Assembly: GCA_036745755.1 (NCBI GenBank)
Contig: DAIOFM010000001.1
Coordinates: forward strand, 13,796 to 77,795
Direction of reading: 5' to 3'
Source: Spirochaetota bacterium
GTDB taxonomy: Bacteria; Spirochaetota; UBA4802; UBA5550
Length of the DNA stretch: 64,000 bases
A program made the position numbers and the translations under genes. Below, piece by piece: positions 1-9,793 of the stretch; within the stretch, counting starts at the first letter, position 1; each line of letters opens with the position of its first letter. The notes below the pieces were generated by a model, which saw only the letters and a program-made list of their open reading frames with translations, did no database searches and was not told where the DNA came from.

Positions 1-842
1 GTTTCCTTAACTCTAAAATTGAAAAGGCGCTCTCTTCAGGTGAAAAGGACTCTTTTGAGACTGAATTTGACGACAGGTTTTTCGAGGCTGTAATAAACCC
101 GATTAAAACCGACAGCAACATGATACAGGGGATACTCCTCGTAATTCATGATATCTCGGAAAGAAAAAAGATAGAAAAGATCAAATCAGACCTGGTAACC
201 AACGTCTCCCATGAACTCAAAACCCCTATAGCCATAGTTAAGGGCTATCTTGAAACAATCAGGTCCAACCCCGGAAACCTGGAGATGCTGAACGACTTTA
301 TAGAACGCGCCATAGAAAACGTGGACAGGCAGAACGCCCTGATACAGGACATCATAAAGCTCAGCATGATCGAATCATCAAAGGCGTTTGAGAAGGAGGA
401 GATCAACATACAGCAGGTAATACTTAACTGCATAGATATTGTGAAACCTAAAATCACTGAAAAAGAAATCCGTCTTAAAATAGATTTTTCTCCTGACGCT
501 GACTATACAGTTGTGGCGAACCAGTTCCTTGTTGAGGAGATATTTTTCAATATTATAGATAACGGAATAAATTATAACAATCCCGGAGGGAAGCTCAGTA
601 TATCCGCTGAAAAAAAAGACAGGGGAATCAGCATATATATCTCAGATTCAGGTGTCGGAATACCTGCTGAATTTCTGGACCGGATATTTGAAAGATTCTA
701 CAGGGTGGATAAAAGCAGATCTCGCGCCACAGGGGGAACAGGCCTGGGTCTCTCAATAGTAAAGCACGCCGCCATAGTCCTGGGGTGGAACGTTTCAGTA
801 TCCTCGGATAAAAAGGGAACATCTTTTGCCATAGAAATTTAA
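1..842 (+). CDS. Sensor histidine kinase, PhoR-like (5' end cut by window edge)
   Basis: Frame is open from nt 3 upstream of the tracked ATG (…EFDDRFFEAVINPIKTDSNMIQG, PAS-like tail). H-box VSHELKTPI, then HATPase_c boxes DNGINYN, DSGVGIP, GGTGLGLSIV. Confidence 0.88.
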   Translation, partial: FLNSKIEKALSSGEKDSFETEFDDRFFEAVINPIKTDSNMIQGILLVIHDISERKKIEKIKSDLVTNVSHELKTPIAIVKGYLETIRSNPGNLEMLNDFIERAIENVDRQNALIQDIIKLSMIESSKAFEKEEINIQQVILNCIDIVKPKITEKEIRLKIDFSPDADYTVVANQFLVEEIFFNIIDNGINYNNPGGKLSISAEKKDRGISIYISDSGVGIPAEFLDRIFERFYRVDKSRSRATGGTGLGLSIVKHAAIVLGWNVSVSSDKKGTSFAIEI

Positions 843-905
843 TTTTCTTGAACTATTTTTTTTCAGATACAGATTTGTCCTAAACTTTTCAAAGGGATAT
901 AAAGA

Positions 906-1541
906 ATGATTCTGAACAGCGGAGAGCTCCCCTTCTTCCTCATTACGGTTATGGTGCTCCTTGTGACCCCCGGGCCGGACACAATGTTTATTATTGCCAC
1001 CTCCCTTAACCAGGGGAGAAAGCATGGTGTGTCAGGGGCTGTTGGCGTGGCCCTCTCAATGATCAACCACTCGTTTCTCGCTGCCATAGGTGTTGCCGCA
1101 CTTGTGGCAACGCATATATCTTTTTTTTACGCCATAAAATACACGGGTCTTGCCTATCTCCTTTTCCTGGCATTTAAATCTTTCAGGGAAAACAGTGTTA
1201 CAAACGAAACCGGCCCTGTGAGGAAAATATCCTTTTTTGCAAATTTCAGGAGGGGTTTTCTCACAAACCTACTTAACCCCAAGGCGATCCTTTTCTTTTC
1301 AGCTTTTCTGACACAGTTTGTAAATCCTTCCGTCGGAGGGGTATTTCAGCAGTTCCTGGTGATGGGTCTCATCATAGGTGTAATGGGATTTCTATACATG
1401 TCCCTCCTTGCCCTTACTGCAGGCACACTGGGGACTGCGGTTACAGGAAATGAAAAGGGAGGGAAAATTCTTTCAAAGCTTATGGGAGCGGTGTTTATCC
1501 TTCTTGCGATTAAACTTTTCTTTATAGACCGCAGTGAATAA
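906..1541 (+). CDS. LysE/RhtB family amino-acid exporter
   Basis: About 210 aa and multi-TM. N-terminal LLVTPGPDTMF motif typical of the LysE family. Confidence 0.82.
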   Translation: MILNSGELPFFLITVMVLLVTPGPDTMFIIATSLNQGRKHGVSGAVGVALSMINHSFLAAIGVAALVATHISFFYAIKYTGLAYLLFLAFKSFRENSVTNETGPVRKISFFANFRRGFLTNLLNPKAILFFSAFLTQFVNPSVGGVFQQFLVMGLIIGVMGFLYMSLLALTAGTLGTAVTGNEKGGKILSKLMGAVFILLAIKLFFIDRSE

Positions 1542-1557
1542 AAAACAGGAAATTTTA

Positions 1558-2142
1558 ATGAAAAAAATCGAAGTTGATAAAAGAGCAAAAGGGCTGATTT
1601 TTGACATGGACGGTACAATTGCCGATTCAATGCCTGTCCACCTTTTAGCCTGGAAGCTCACTGCAAAAGAACACGGGTTTGAGTACACCGAAGAACTGTT
1701 CTACGAACTTGCCGGAATGCCCACTTTTAAAATAGTATCAGTAGTCAACGAAAAACTCGGACTCAGTCTTAACCCCGGAACATTTTCAAAAAGGAAAGAG
1801 GAACTCTTTCTTGAAAACCTGAAAGAGGTCAAAGCCATTGAACCTGTTGCTGATATTGTAAGAAGGTATCACGGTAAACTCCCCATGTCGATTGGAACCG
1901 GCGGGAAAAAATATATCGCGGAACTTACCCTGAAAATGATCGGTTTCGACAGGATCTTTGATACGATAGTTTCTGCTGATGATGTTGTTAACCATAAACC
2001 ATTCCCTGATACATTCCTTAAATGCGCGGAAATAATGAAAGTTGAACCGCAATTCTGCCAGGTCTTTGAAGATGGAGAGATGGGTCTTCTTGCTGCAAAG
2101 AGGGCAGGGATGATCGCCACAGATATCAGGCCTTATTTATAA
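1558..2142 (+). CDS. HAD-superfamily hydrolase (beta-phosphoglucomutase-like subfamily IA)
   Basis: Motif I FDMDGTIADS; later SIGTGG and FEDGEMG motifs. ATG at 1558 preferred over the GTG extension at 1534. Confidence 0.82.
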   Translation: MKKIEVDKRAKGLIFDMDGTIADSMPVHLLAWKLTAKEHGFEYTEELFYELAGMPTFKIVSVVNEKLGLSLNPGTFSKRKEELFLENLKEVKAIEPVADIVRRYHGKLPMSIGTGGKKYIAELTLKMIGFDRIFDTIVSADDVVNHKPFPDTFLKCAEIMKVEPQFCQVFEDGEMGLLAAKRAGMIATDIRPYL

Positions 2143-2209
2143 AAGCCACTCCTATTATTGCTGGACAAAAAGAAACCGGATTTTAGGCTTTCCATAAAAG
2201 GAGGCAGTT

Positions 2210-2953
2210 ATGGAATACAAAAACACAACCCTTGCGGAACTGGGGAGCCTGAAACTCGCGGAACTTATTGTGGACATGTTTCATCGAATAACGGTTCATC
2301 ACACTCTCTGGTTCAATGAAGTCGCCCATCAGATAGGCCTTGAAAAAGCTCTCAAGATAATGGAGACCGCTTATGAACAGAGCCGTGATATTCAGATAAA
2401 AAGGCTCTCTAAATTCCTTGGCTTTGATCTTGAAGGGAATGTTCCCTCGGTTTTTTCAAAGATGCCTGTTGAAAAACAGATAGAGTTCATGGAGGAGATC
2501 TCCAAAAACTGGCTTGCCGGTGACGGTGTATGGTTCCAGGCCGTGGAAAACAGCAGGGGAATGAATGATGCGAAAAGATGCAATGACTCATGCTGGGCAA
2601 AATTTTCTCCATTTGAGGCATGGTCTATAAAAAAATTTCTTAATCTTTCCGAACAGCCAGGACTTGAAGGATTAAAAGAAGCCCTGGGCTACAGGATGTA
2701 TGCCCGTATAAACAGGCAGAGCATTTCAGATGAGACAGAAAAAAGTTTTATTTTCCAGATGAATGACTGCCGTGTCCAGTCAGCCCGCAAAAGAAGAAGC
2801 CTTGCGGATTATCCCTGTAAATCAGCCGGGCTGGTGGAATATGGAATGTTTGCGGAATCAATAGACAGCCGTATAAAAACCGAATGCATCGGCTGTCCCC
2901 CTGATGAACATCCTGATGAATGGTTCTGCGCCTGGAAATTTTATATTGACTGA
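2210..2953 (+). CDS. Hypothetical cytosolic protein with Cys-rich C-terminus (possibly ATC-hydrolase/DUF6125-like; uncertain)
   Basis: SD AAAGGAGG 6 nt upstream. 247-aa ORF ending in C…C…CxxC…C. No motif I can assign firmly. Confidence 0.55.
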   Translation: MEYKNTTLAELGSLKLAELIVDMFHRITVHHTLWFNEVAHQIGLEKALKIMETAYEQSRDIQIKRLSKFLGFDLEGNVPSVFSKMPVEKQIEFMEEISKNWLAGDGVWFQAVENSRGMNDAKRCNDSCWAKFSPFEAWSIKKFLNLSEQPGLEGLKEALGYRMYARINRQSISDETEKSFIFQMNDCRVQSARKRRSLADYPCKSAGLVEYGMFAESIDSRIKTECIGCPPDEHPDEWFCAWKFYID

Positions 2954-2957
2954 AAAT

Positions 2958-2987
2958 GAAGGCGGAAAATTTTCCGCCTTCTCTTTT
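2958..2987. terminator. Bidirectional intrinsic terminator between convergent genes
   Basis: GAAGGCGGAAAA/TTTTCCGCCTTC perfect hairpin followed by TCTTTT; A-rich on the other side. Confidence 0.7.
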
Positions 2988-3027
2988 GGATAGATTTAAA
3001 CAATTACTCAGGAGCTTTCAAGAAATC

Positions 3028-3453
3028 TTATCTGGTTATCTTTACTTCTTCCGCTTTGGCCTTTTCAGATTTGATATATTTCTTTTCATGCAGCTCCATT
3101 GGCCCAAGAAATTCCAGGAACACAATTTTTTTATCCTTCCACCCGACTTTTATTACCTGGATCGTTTCTGATGGAAGTTCATAAGATGACTCAATAATTC
3201 TCCCCTCCTCCCAGTAATAAACAATACCGTCTTTCGTCTCGGAAGCAATTATTCTTGAGTCCAGTAAAGTGCAGCATACCGGGAGTTTCTGCTGCATTTG
3301 CGGCGAAGCATACTTTTTAATTACGGTTCTGTACTTCTCGAGAGAACCATGCGCCTGCATGCATTCTTTCATTTCCGGTATAACATCTATACCACAACCG
3401 GAGATGATAAGAGTGGAAAAAAGGCACATAAGCAATAACCTTGCATATTTCAT
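3028..3453 (-). CDS. Hypothetical lipoprotein
   Basis: Signal peptide with lipobox LIISGC; GGAGG SD upstream. Confidence 0.7.
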   Translation of the reverse strand: MKYARLLLMCLFSTLIISGCGIDVIPEMKECMQAHGSLEKYRTVIKKYASPQMQQKLPVCCTLLDSRIIASETKDGIVYYWEEGRIIESSYELPSETIQVIKVGWKDKKIVFLEFLGPMELHEKKYIKSEKAKAEEVKITR

Positions 3454-3680
3454 CTTTATCCTCCTCTTGCTTTAATCCTGCCGCTATGCTGAACAGCAGG
3501 TTACTTCCGGCTAATACCTGTTATATGATTCTGTCAATATAATTAATGGTTTTTCTTTTTTTATGAACCATCATTGATACATTGGAGTCTTTTATCATGC
3601 AAATCGGCAAAAAAATTTTTTATTATTATGCCGGCACAATTATATTTTAAAAATTTTTTCAGCTGAAACATTCATAACCT

Positions 3681-4979
3681 TTATCTTATAACAACCGGTG
3701 TACAATACGGGCCCTCAGGTATAACAGCGAAAACCGCTCCCTCTTCTGAAAGGGTTCTGATCTCCGCCTGAACAGTTTTCTCAATTTCAGATTCTTTGCA
3801 GCAGAAAGCCTTTACCCCGAGAAACCCGCTTTCCTCCTGAACAATTCCATGACAGTAGAAATGAACATTCCTCCACCCCACGTGTGAATCAAAACGCGCC
3901 TGCATCTGGATCTGCCACTGATCTTTAACAATAGTTTCCGAAACCTTTATGTCATTAAGAAAACTTCTGTAGTCATTATTGTATTTTCGCAGCATCTCCC
4001 TGTAGGTCTCTGATCCAATCCCTTCAATACACCCACCTGCTGCAATAATTATCCCCGATTTTTTTACACAGGGGAGTGATGTAACAAGCGACTTTGTGCA
4101 TTGATAGAATGTTGCATCAAGAGGATAACCTCCACATCCTGTTATTACAACATCAGCCTCCCTTCTTACAGGAGGGCAGGCGTTTCCCCTGACATATTCA
4201 CACGCCTTTTTATGAGCCATAACAATTTCCCCGGCAAAGACCCTTATGATCTTTTTGCCGCTGTTAAGAACAACGTTAATACTGAAATCGACTCCTGCAA
4301 AAGCCGCTACAGAAAGGGCCTCATCGTGACAGGGGTTACCATGAAGATTTGCGGCACAGGCCCCGGGATTAGAGAGAAATTCGTAACCGTGAAAATTCTT
4401 AATCGTATCCAGAGACGACAAACCGGGGCAGAGAGTTTTCCGTCCTCCTGAAAAGCCCGCCATAAAGTGCGGTTCAACAAGGCCGATTGTAATTTTATAT
4501 CCCGCTTCTGCAAAAAAACGGTTAATTTTTATTTCTCCCCCGGATTGAGTTCTGCCGCTAATAACCGCAAGATCACCCTCAGCGTCATGATCCAGAATCC
4601 TGTAATTCTCCGCCACGAACCTCCCGAACATGTAAAGGTGCTCCTCTGCGGTACTCGGGCGGTGCATCCCCGTAGCAATAAGAATTGTTATTTCATCCCG
4701 GGAAATACCGTTGCTTTCAATAAAACGGAGCAGGGCCGGTAGAAATTCACGGTAGGGTATCGGACGAGTAATATCTGAAACCGCGATAACCACACCGCGG
4801 CCTGATCTTTTTTTCAGTGATTCAGAAAGCCCGGGGGAAGCAACCGGTTCAGCTGCAGCCTCCATTACCATCCTCTCCGCAGAACATGACGGTTCACCAT
4901 AAGTTGATTTATACACAAAGGAAAAGTCAGGCAGCTCAAGGCACAAAACTCCGCAGCTGTAAGGAATCTCAACTTTCAT
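3681..4979 (-). CDS. LarA-family (nickel-pincer nucleotide-dependent lactate racemase-like) protein
   Basis: N-terminal VIAVSDITRPIP and central PHFMAGFSGGRK motifs resemble the LarA/DUF2088 signature. Confidence 0.75.
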   Translation of the reverse strand: MKVEIPYSCGVLCLELPDFSFVYKSTYGEPSCSAERMVMEAAAEPVASPGLSESLKKRSGRGVVIAVSDITRPIPYREFLPALLRFIESNGISRDEITILIATGMHRPSTAEEHLYMFGRFVAENYRILDHDAEGDLAVISGRTQSGGEIKINRFFAEAGYKITIGLVEPHFMAGFSGGRKTLCPGLSSLDTIKNFHGYEFLSNPGACAANLHGNPCHDEALSVAAFAGVDFSINVVLNSGKKIIRVFAGEIVMAHKKACEYVRGNACPPVRREADVVITGCGGYPLDATFYQCTKSLVTSLPCVKKSGIIIAAGGCIEGIGSETYREMLRKYNNDYRSFLNDIKVSETIVKDQWQIQMQARFDSHVGWRNVHFYCHGIVQEESGFLGVKAFCCKESEIEKTVQAEIRTLSEEGAVFAVIPEGPYCTPVVIR

Positions 4980-4995
4980 TAATTTCTCGGTCCTG

Positions 4996-5652
4996 CTATC
5001 CTATTATTCCCACTGAAAAGGCAAGGGTGAACTGGGCAGTATAATACATGGGGAGGCCTATAAAACGGTTTATAATATTTTTCTCCACAAACCTGTGCCG
5101 GGCCACGAAGAGATCAGAACAGTAAAAAATCAATGCACCCACAAGAACCATCAACCTCCCGTTTAAATCAAAATCTGTCTTCCAGGCAAGCGACCCTGCT
5201 CCGATCACCATCATGGATATAATCAGGATATAGGCAATTACAGGAACCAGCATTGAATCAAGGCGGGATTTCAGCCACAGGAAGACCGTTATGGAAACAG
5301 CGCCTGTTGCAGCAACTGAAACCCAGGTTCCCCTGGTAACTCCTGACATGGAAAAAAACGCAACTACATAAAACAGGTGGCCTGTCAGAAAGAAAGCAAG
5401 TCCGGCTGTAAAGACTTTACGGTTAAAGAAAAAGGCAAGGCAGATATCCCCGATGAAACAGAACACCAGTCCGGCCAGAATAGAATTATAATATGAAGAA
5501 TTGAGCCCTGTCTGAATAACGGCCATAACAATGAAAAGACCTGAAAGAAAAGGTTTGGTCAGAAGAATCCCTTTCAGGCTCTCTTTTTTTTCAGACATCA
5601 GAAGCCCGGCGAGAAGAGGAACCGCTGCAGAAAGAATTATTATTTTATCCAT
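4996..5652 (-). CDS. YhhN-family membrane protein (lysoplasmalogenase-like)
   Basis: About 8 TM segments. FIGDICLAF and TGHLFYVVAF motifs typical of YhhN/TMEM86. Confidence 0.75.
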   Translation of the reverse strand: MDKIIILSAAVPLLAGLLMSEKKESLKGILLTKPFLSGLFIVMAVIQTGLNSSYYNSILAGLVFCFIGDICLAFFFNRKVFTAGLAFFLTGHLFYVVAFFSMSGVTRGTWVSVAATGAVSITVFLWLKSRLDSMLVPVIAYILIISMMVIGAGSLAWKTDFDLNGRLMVLVGALIFYCSDLFVARHRFVEKNIINRFIGLPMYYTAQFTLAFSVGIIG

Positions 5653-5869
5653 TATTAACCCCTTATCTGTTATTATGCCCCGTATCCGGAGTTCAGAATT
5701 AACATCGGAGTAAATCTATAAATTATTGACTATTGAATCAATCTTCGTGCAAACAAATTCCGGTTCAGCCTCCTGTATTAATTCTATATACCGGTATTCT
5801 CTGATTAAAATAATTAATTGATTTATTCCGGACTATCCATTACTGATTACCATAAAACAGGGAGACAAT

Positions 5870-6163
5870 ATGAGAAAGAAACCATTACTCATTCTGCTGA
5901 TAACAAATTTAATATTAACAGCCTGCAGCGGGCTTAAATTACAGGATTATCAATCTGAAAATTGTGCAAAAATGCCCGGAGAAAAAACTGTTACCATTAT
6001 CAGGGAAAAATGCTTTTTATGCCATAAAGGGGATTTCGCAACTAAAGAACTGATATGTTCCAGAAAAACCATTATAACAGACGCTGTTACATCAGGAAGA
6101 ATGCCTAAATTAAAAAAACTGAATAAAGAACAGCTTGATATTTTTTTAAAATGGGAACAGTAG
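5870..6163 (+). CDS. Small lipoprotein with one CxxCH haem-c motif (planctomycete-cytochrome-c/PSCyt1-like)
   Basis: Lipobox LTAC. CFLCH at nt 6011-6025, followed by …SGRMPK…LDIFLKWEQ, reminiscent of PSCyt1 domains. Confidence 0.6.
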   Translation: MRKKPLLILLITNLILTACSGLKLQDYQSENCAKMPGEKTVTIIREKCFLCHKGDFATKELICSRKTIITDAVTSGRMPKLKKLNKEQLDIFLKWEQ

Positions 6164-6224
6164 TCATATTTAATCTTATTTAAACAAAATCAGCTCCAAA
6201 CAGAAAACAGGGGTGATACTGACA

Positions 6225-7094
6225 ATGAAACTTATCGACTTAATAAACTCACTGATGGACAGGCTAGAAAAAATTTACGAATCCTCAAAAAGCCTGTCTG
6301 TTATAGGAACATGCCTTGCCCTGAGTTTTCTCTTTGGAATTTTCATGGTTGAAATGAATATAAGGGGAATGACTCCTGAGTTTCTTTCAAATGTTATACC
6401 GATGAAGCACCTGGAGATAATTGCACAGGTCTTCACTCTTGTGTTATGCTTTGAAGTTGTAAGCCTTGTATTCAGTTTTATCCATTCCGTATCGATATCG
6501 ATGGGCAAACAGATTGAAGTATTATCCCTTGTCCTTCTCCGGGACGTGTTCAAGGAATTTTCAAATTTCACTGAGCCTATAGACTGGATTCAGGCCAAGC
6601 CCTTCCTCCTGCCCATGATCTCAAGTGCCCTGGGCGCCTTTGCCCTTTTCTTTATCCTGGGGTTCTATTACAGAATATACCACTGCAGGCCCCTGACAAA
6701 TGATATAGAAGATACCAGAAATTTTATAAAGATTAAAAAGATTATCGCCTTTTTTCTCTTAATCAGTTTCATCATTATAATTATATATGAAGCAATTCAA
6801 TACCTTAAAACAGGTGAGCCGAACAAGGCCTTTGAAACCTTTTATACAATTCTGATCTTCAGTGATATTCTTATTATTCTGGTCTCCATGCGTTACAGCT
6901 CTGATTATCTCGTCACATTCAGAAATTCAGGTTTTGCAGTATCCACGGTTTTTATTCGTCTCGCTTTAATGTCCCCTCCGCCATTCAGTGCGCTTATAGG
7001 AGTCGGAAGCGCACTTTTCGCCATGGGGATAAGCATGAACTACAAATACTATAAATCCTCTGAGAGCTGTTTAGAACCTGAAAAGCCTGATTAA
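6225..7094 (+). CDS. Hypothetical integral membrane protein
   Basis: Multiple hydrophobic helices; no recognisable motif. ATG 6225 preferred to the GTG at 6213. Confidence 0.55.
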   Translation: MKLIDLINSLMDRLEKIYESSKSLSVIGTCLALSFLFGIFMVEMNIRGMTPEFLSNVIPMKHLEIIAQVFTLVLCFEVVSLVFSFIHSVSISMGKQIEVLSLVLLRDVFKEFSNFTEPIDWIQAKPFLLPMISSALGAFALFFILGFYYRIYHCRPLTNDIEDTRNFIKIKKIIAFFLLISFIIIIIYEAIQYLKTGEPNKAFETFYTILIFSDILIILVSMRYSSDYLVTFRNSGFAVSTVFIRLALMSPPPFSALIGVGSALFAMGISMNYKYYKSSESCLEPEKPD

Positions 7095-7117
7095 ATAGTA
7101 AAAAATTCCGGGACAAT

Positions 7118-8617
7118 TCAGGAAATCCTGAAAAGATTAACTGTCTCCTTCATTTCCCTCGCCCTGTCAAAAACCTCTGAACTGAGGCCCGATACCTCTT
7201 CAACAAGGGAGGCGTTCTGCTGTGTCATTTCATCCAGTTCAAATAGCGCGCTGTTAATTTGTCCTATGCCTGATATCTGCTTTTCACTCGCCCCTGCCAC
7301 TTCTGATATAAAATCGGTCGTTGCGCTTACAGAATCCTTTATGAGTAATTCGATATCCTTTGCCGCACTGCCGGATCTCTTTGCAAGTTTCCCCACCTCC
7401 CCTGCTACAACGGCAAAACCTCTGCCGTGTTCCCCTGCTCTTGCTGCCTCAATGGAAGCGTTCAGAGCAAGCAGGTTCGTCTGAAAAGCCTGTTCATTAA
7501 TAACAGAAATAATATCCACAATCTTTTTACTCGAATGGTTTATCTCATTAATTGATCTGGATGCCATATATGCCACATTGACACCGTCAGGCAAATCGCG
7601 GACATCATCTTCAGACTTAGGCTCATCATATTCATCATTCCTGGATAACCGGCCGGCTTCCCTGGCATTTTCCTTTACTGTAAGTGCAATCTGCTCAAGG
7701 GCCAGAGACTGCTCAGAGGTTCTCTGGGCAAGGTTGCTGTTTCCTTCAGTAATCTGATTCACTGCCATAAAAAGGGCCTCAGAGGAATCAAGGATCGTGC
7801 CGAGAGTACTATCCACACTCTCAATTGCATTATTCATTGACGCCATTAAGGTCCCGAACTCATCTTTCCTTTCCGAAACCAGTCTTGCCGTTACATCCCT
7901 GTTTCTTATCCTCTCACTGAAATCAAGCATCATCCGTATCGGAGAGGTAAAGCTGATTGTTGAAATAATCCCGGCTGATAAAAGCACAAGCATCGTTGCA
8001 AAGACAATTGATATGGATATTGCTATACTTCTGTTGTTATACTCATTAATCCCGTTATATTCCGCTTCAGCGATTTTCTCGGTTATTTCAGTCAGTTTAT
8101 CCATGGCGTCTCTGGTCTGACCGAAAACCTCCTGGTATTTCCCTGAATAAAGTCTGAATGCCTCGTCAGTACGGCCGCGCTTTAACATCGACTTAATCTT
8201 TTCAGTATATACACCCATGGGTGTATAATTATCACTAAACTGAAGAAACTCATCCACTTTCGTTCCGCCATTATCCAGATGAAGTTTTTTAAACTTATTG
8301 AAACGCTCTCCGACCTGCGTATAGTTTTCATCAACAGCATCAATATATCCGGCAATCTCTTTTGCTCCTGCCCCGGACATCTCTATGGCATTAAAGATCT
8401 GTGAAATGGCTATGCTTGACTGGTAGGCGTCCCTGTCAGCCTGAAGAAGGTAATTCATACTGAGCAGTCTGACTTTATAAACAGATTCAGCACTTCTCCC
8501 TATACTTTTGAGATTATTTAGCTGCCATAGTGAGCCTGCTATCGTAATTATTATTACTATTGAAAATAAAAAAATAAATTTTGACCGAATCTTCAGGTTA
8601 CTGAATTTCATAATCAT
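7118..8617 (-). CDS. Methyl-accepting chemotaxis protein
   Basis: N-terminal TM, periplasmic helical domain, second TM, HAMP. Signalling hairpin [38 protein letters not shown]. Start trimmed to MIMKFSNLK. Confidence 0.9.
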   Translation of the reverse strand: MIMKFSNLKIRSKFIFLFSIVIIITIAGSLWQLNNLKSIGRSAESVYKVRLLSMNYLLQADRDAYQSSIAISQIFNAIEMSGAGAKEIAGYIDAVDENYTQVGERFNKFKKLHLDNGGTKVDEFLQFSDNYTPMGVYTEKIKSMLKRGRTDEAFRLYSGKYQEVFGQTRDAMDKLTEITEKIAEAEYNGINEYNNRSIAISISIVFATMLVLLSAGIISTISFTSPIRMMLDFSERIRNRDVTARLVSERKDEFGTLMASMNNAIESVDSTLGTILDSSEALFMAVNQITEGNSNLAQRTSEQSLALEQIALTVKENAREAGRLSRNDEYDEPKSEDDVRDLPDGVNVAYMASRSINEINHSSKKIVDIISVINEQAFQTNLLALNASIEAARAGEHGRGFAVVAGEVGKLAKRSGSAAKDIELLIKDSVSATTDFISEVAGASEKQISGIGQINSALFELDEMTQQNASLVEEVSGLSSEVFDRAREMKETVNLFRIS

Positions 8618-8779
8618 TACCCCATCTGCTGCTGATTTAAAAAGCGTTAAATAAAAAGTTATACAAAAATCAAAAAACGTCAAAATTAATCAGCATACTT
8701 AAAAAAAAGATCAATTTCTTGAAAGAGGAGCAGAATTACAGTCTATTAAATACATCACACTGCTCACGGAGGTTTATGC

Positions 8780-9718
8780 ATGAAATGGCTTAAAGGTTTA
8801 ATAATCGTCATTGTCATTTTAGTTTTCAGTTATATTACTGTATCACTCATCTATCCTGAAAAAATTTACAGTCTGGCATACAAAATTCAGCGAAGCAGCG
8901 CCAATCTCGAAAAAAAAGAAATTTCAACCGGTGATTATAAATTTATTTATCTTGAGGGGAACCCGGCAGCAGAGCAGAGTGCAACAATTGTTCTTCTACA
9001 CGGCTTCGGGGTAGATAAAGATCGATGGCTCAAGATGGCCGGCCACATGAAAGAGTATCACCTGGTAATCCCTGACATTCCAGGATTCGGGGAGTCTGAA
9101 AAAAATCCATCCCTTACATATGATATTCCTTCACAGGTAAAGCGTCTCAACAGCTTCACTGAAAAAATCGGCCTGAAAAAATTCTACATGGCGGGTAACT
9201 CAATGGGGGGCTACATTGCTGGTATTTACGCGGCAAAGCATCCCGGAAAGATCAACGGTCTGATTCTTATTGATAATGCCGGAGTTTCAATGCCGATAAA
9301 AAGCACTGCTTTTAAAATGGTTGATAACGGAATAAATCCCCTCCTGATATCTGATAAAAAGGAATTTGAGAGAATGATTAAGCTTGCCTTCTATGAAAAA
9401 CCTTTTATCCCCTTTCCTCTTAAAGGATACATGATTGAAAAATCTATACAGAACAGACCATTCAATGAAAAAATATTCATTGAAAGTTTTACAGATCATA
9501 CCATGCTTGAAAGGGAAATGAAAAAGCTTACAATGCCTGTTCTTATTATCTGGGGAGATAAAGACGAAATTCTTGATATATCTTCCGTTTCAGTACTTGA
9601 GAAAGGGATTAAAAAGTATACAACGAAAATTCTTAAAAACTGCGGGCATGTGCCCATGATGGAAAGGCCGGAGGAAACAGCCGGCTATATAACCTCTTTC
9701 ATAAAATCATCGAAGTAA
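8780..9718 (+). CDS. Alpha/beta-fold hydrolase
   Basis: HGFG oxyanion motif, nucleophile elbow GNSMGG, C-terminal CGHVPM. N-terminal membrane anchor. Confidence 0.85.
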   Translation: MKWLKGLIIVIVILVFSYITVSLIYPEKIYSLAYKIQRSSANLEKKEISTGDYKFIYLEGNPAAEQSATIVLLHGFGVDKDRWLKMAGHMKEYHLVIPDIPGFGESEKNPSLTYDIPSQVKRLNSFTEKIGLKKFYMAGNSMGGYIAGIYAAKHPGKINGLILIDNAGVSMPIKSTAFKMVDNGINPLLISDKKEFERMIKLAFYEKPFIPFPLKGYMIEKSIQNRPFNEKIFIESFTDHTMLEREMKKLTMPVLIIWGDKDEILDISSVSVLEKGIKKYTTKILKNCGHVPMMERPEETAGYITSFIKSSK

Positions 9719-9729
9719 CAAAAAATAAA

Positions 9730-9764
9730 AATCCCCCTTACCTTTATTCGCGGCAGGGGGGATT
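9730..9764. terminator. Possible terminator hairpin between convergent genes
   Basis: AATCCCCC … GGGGGATT stem with a long (about 19 nt) loop; A-run upstream. Confidence 0.35.
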
Positions 9765-9793
9765 CCGTAAAATTCAAACTGTAATGTTAATGA

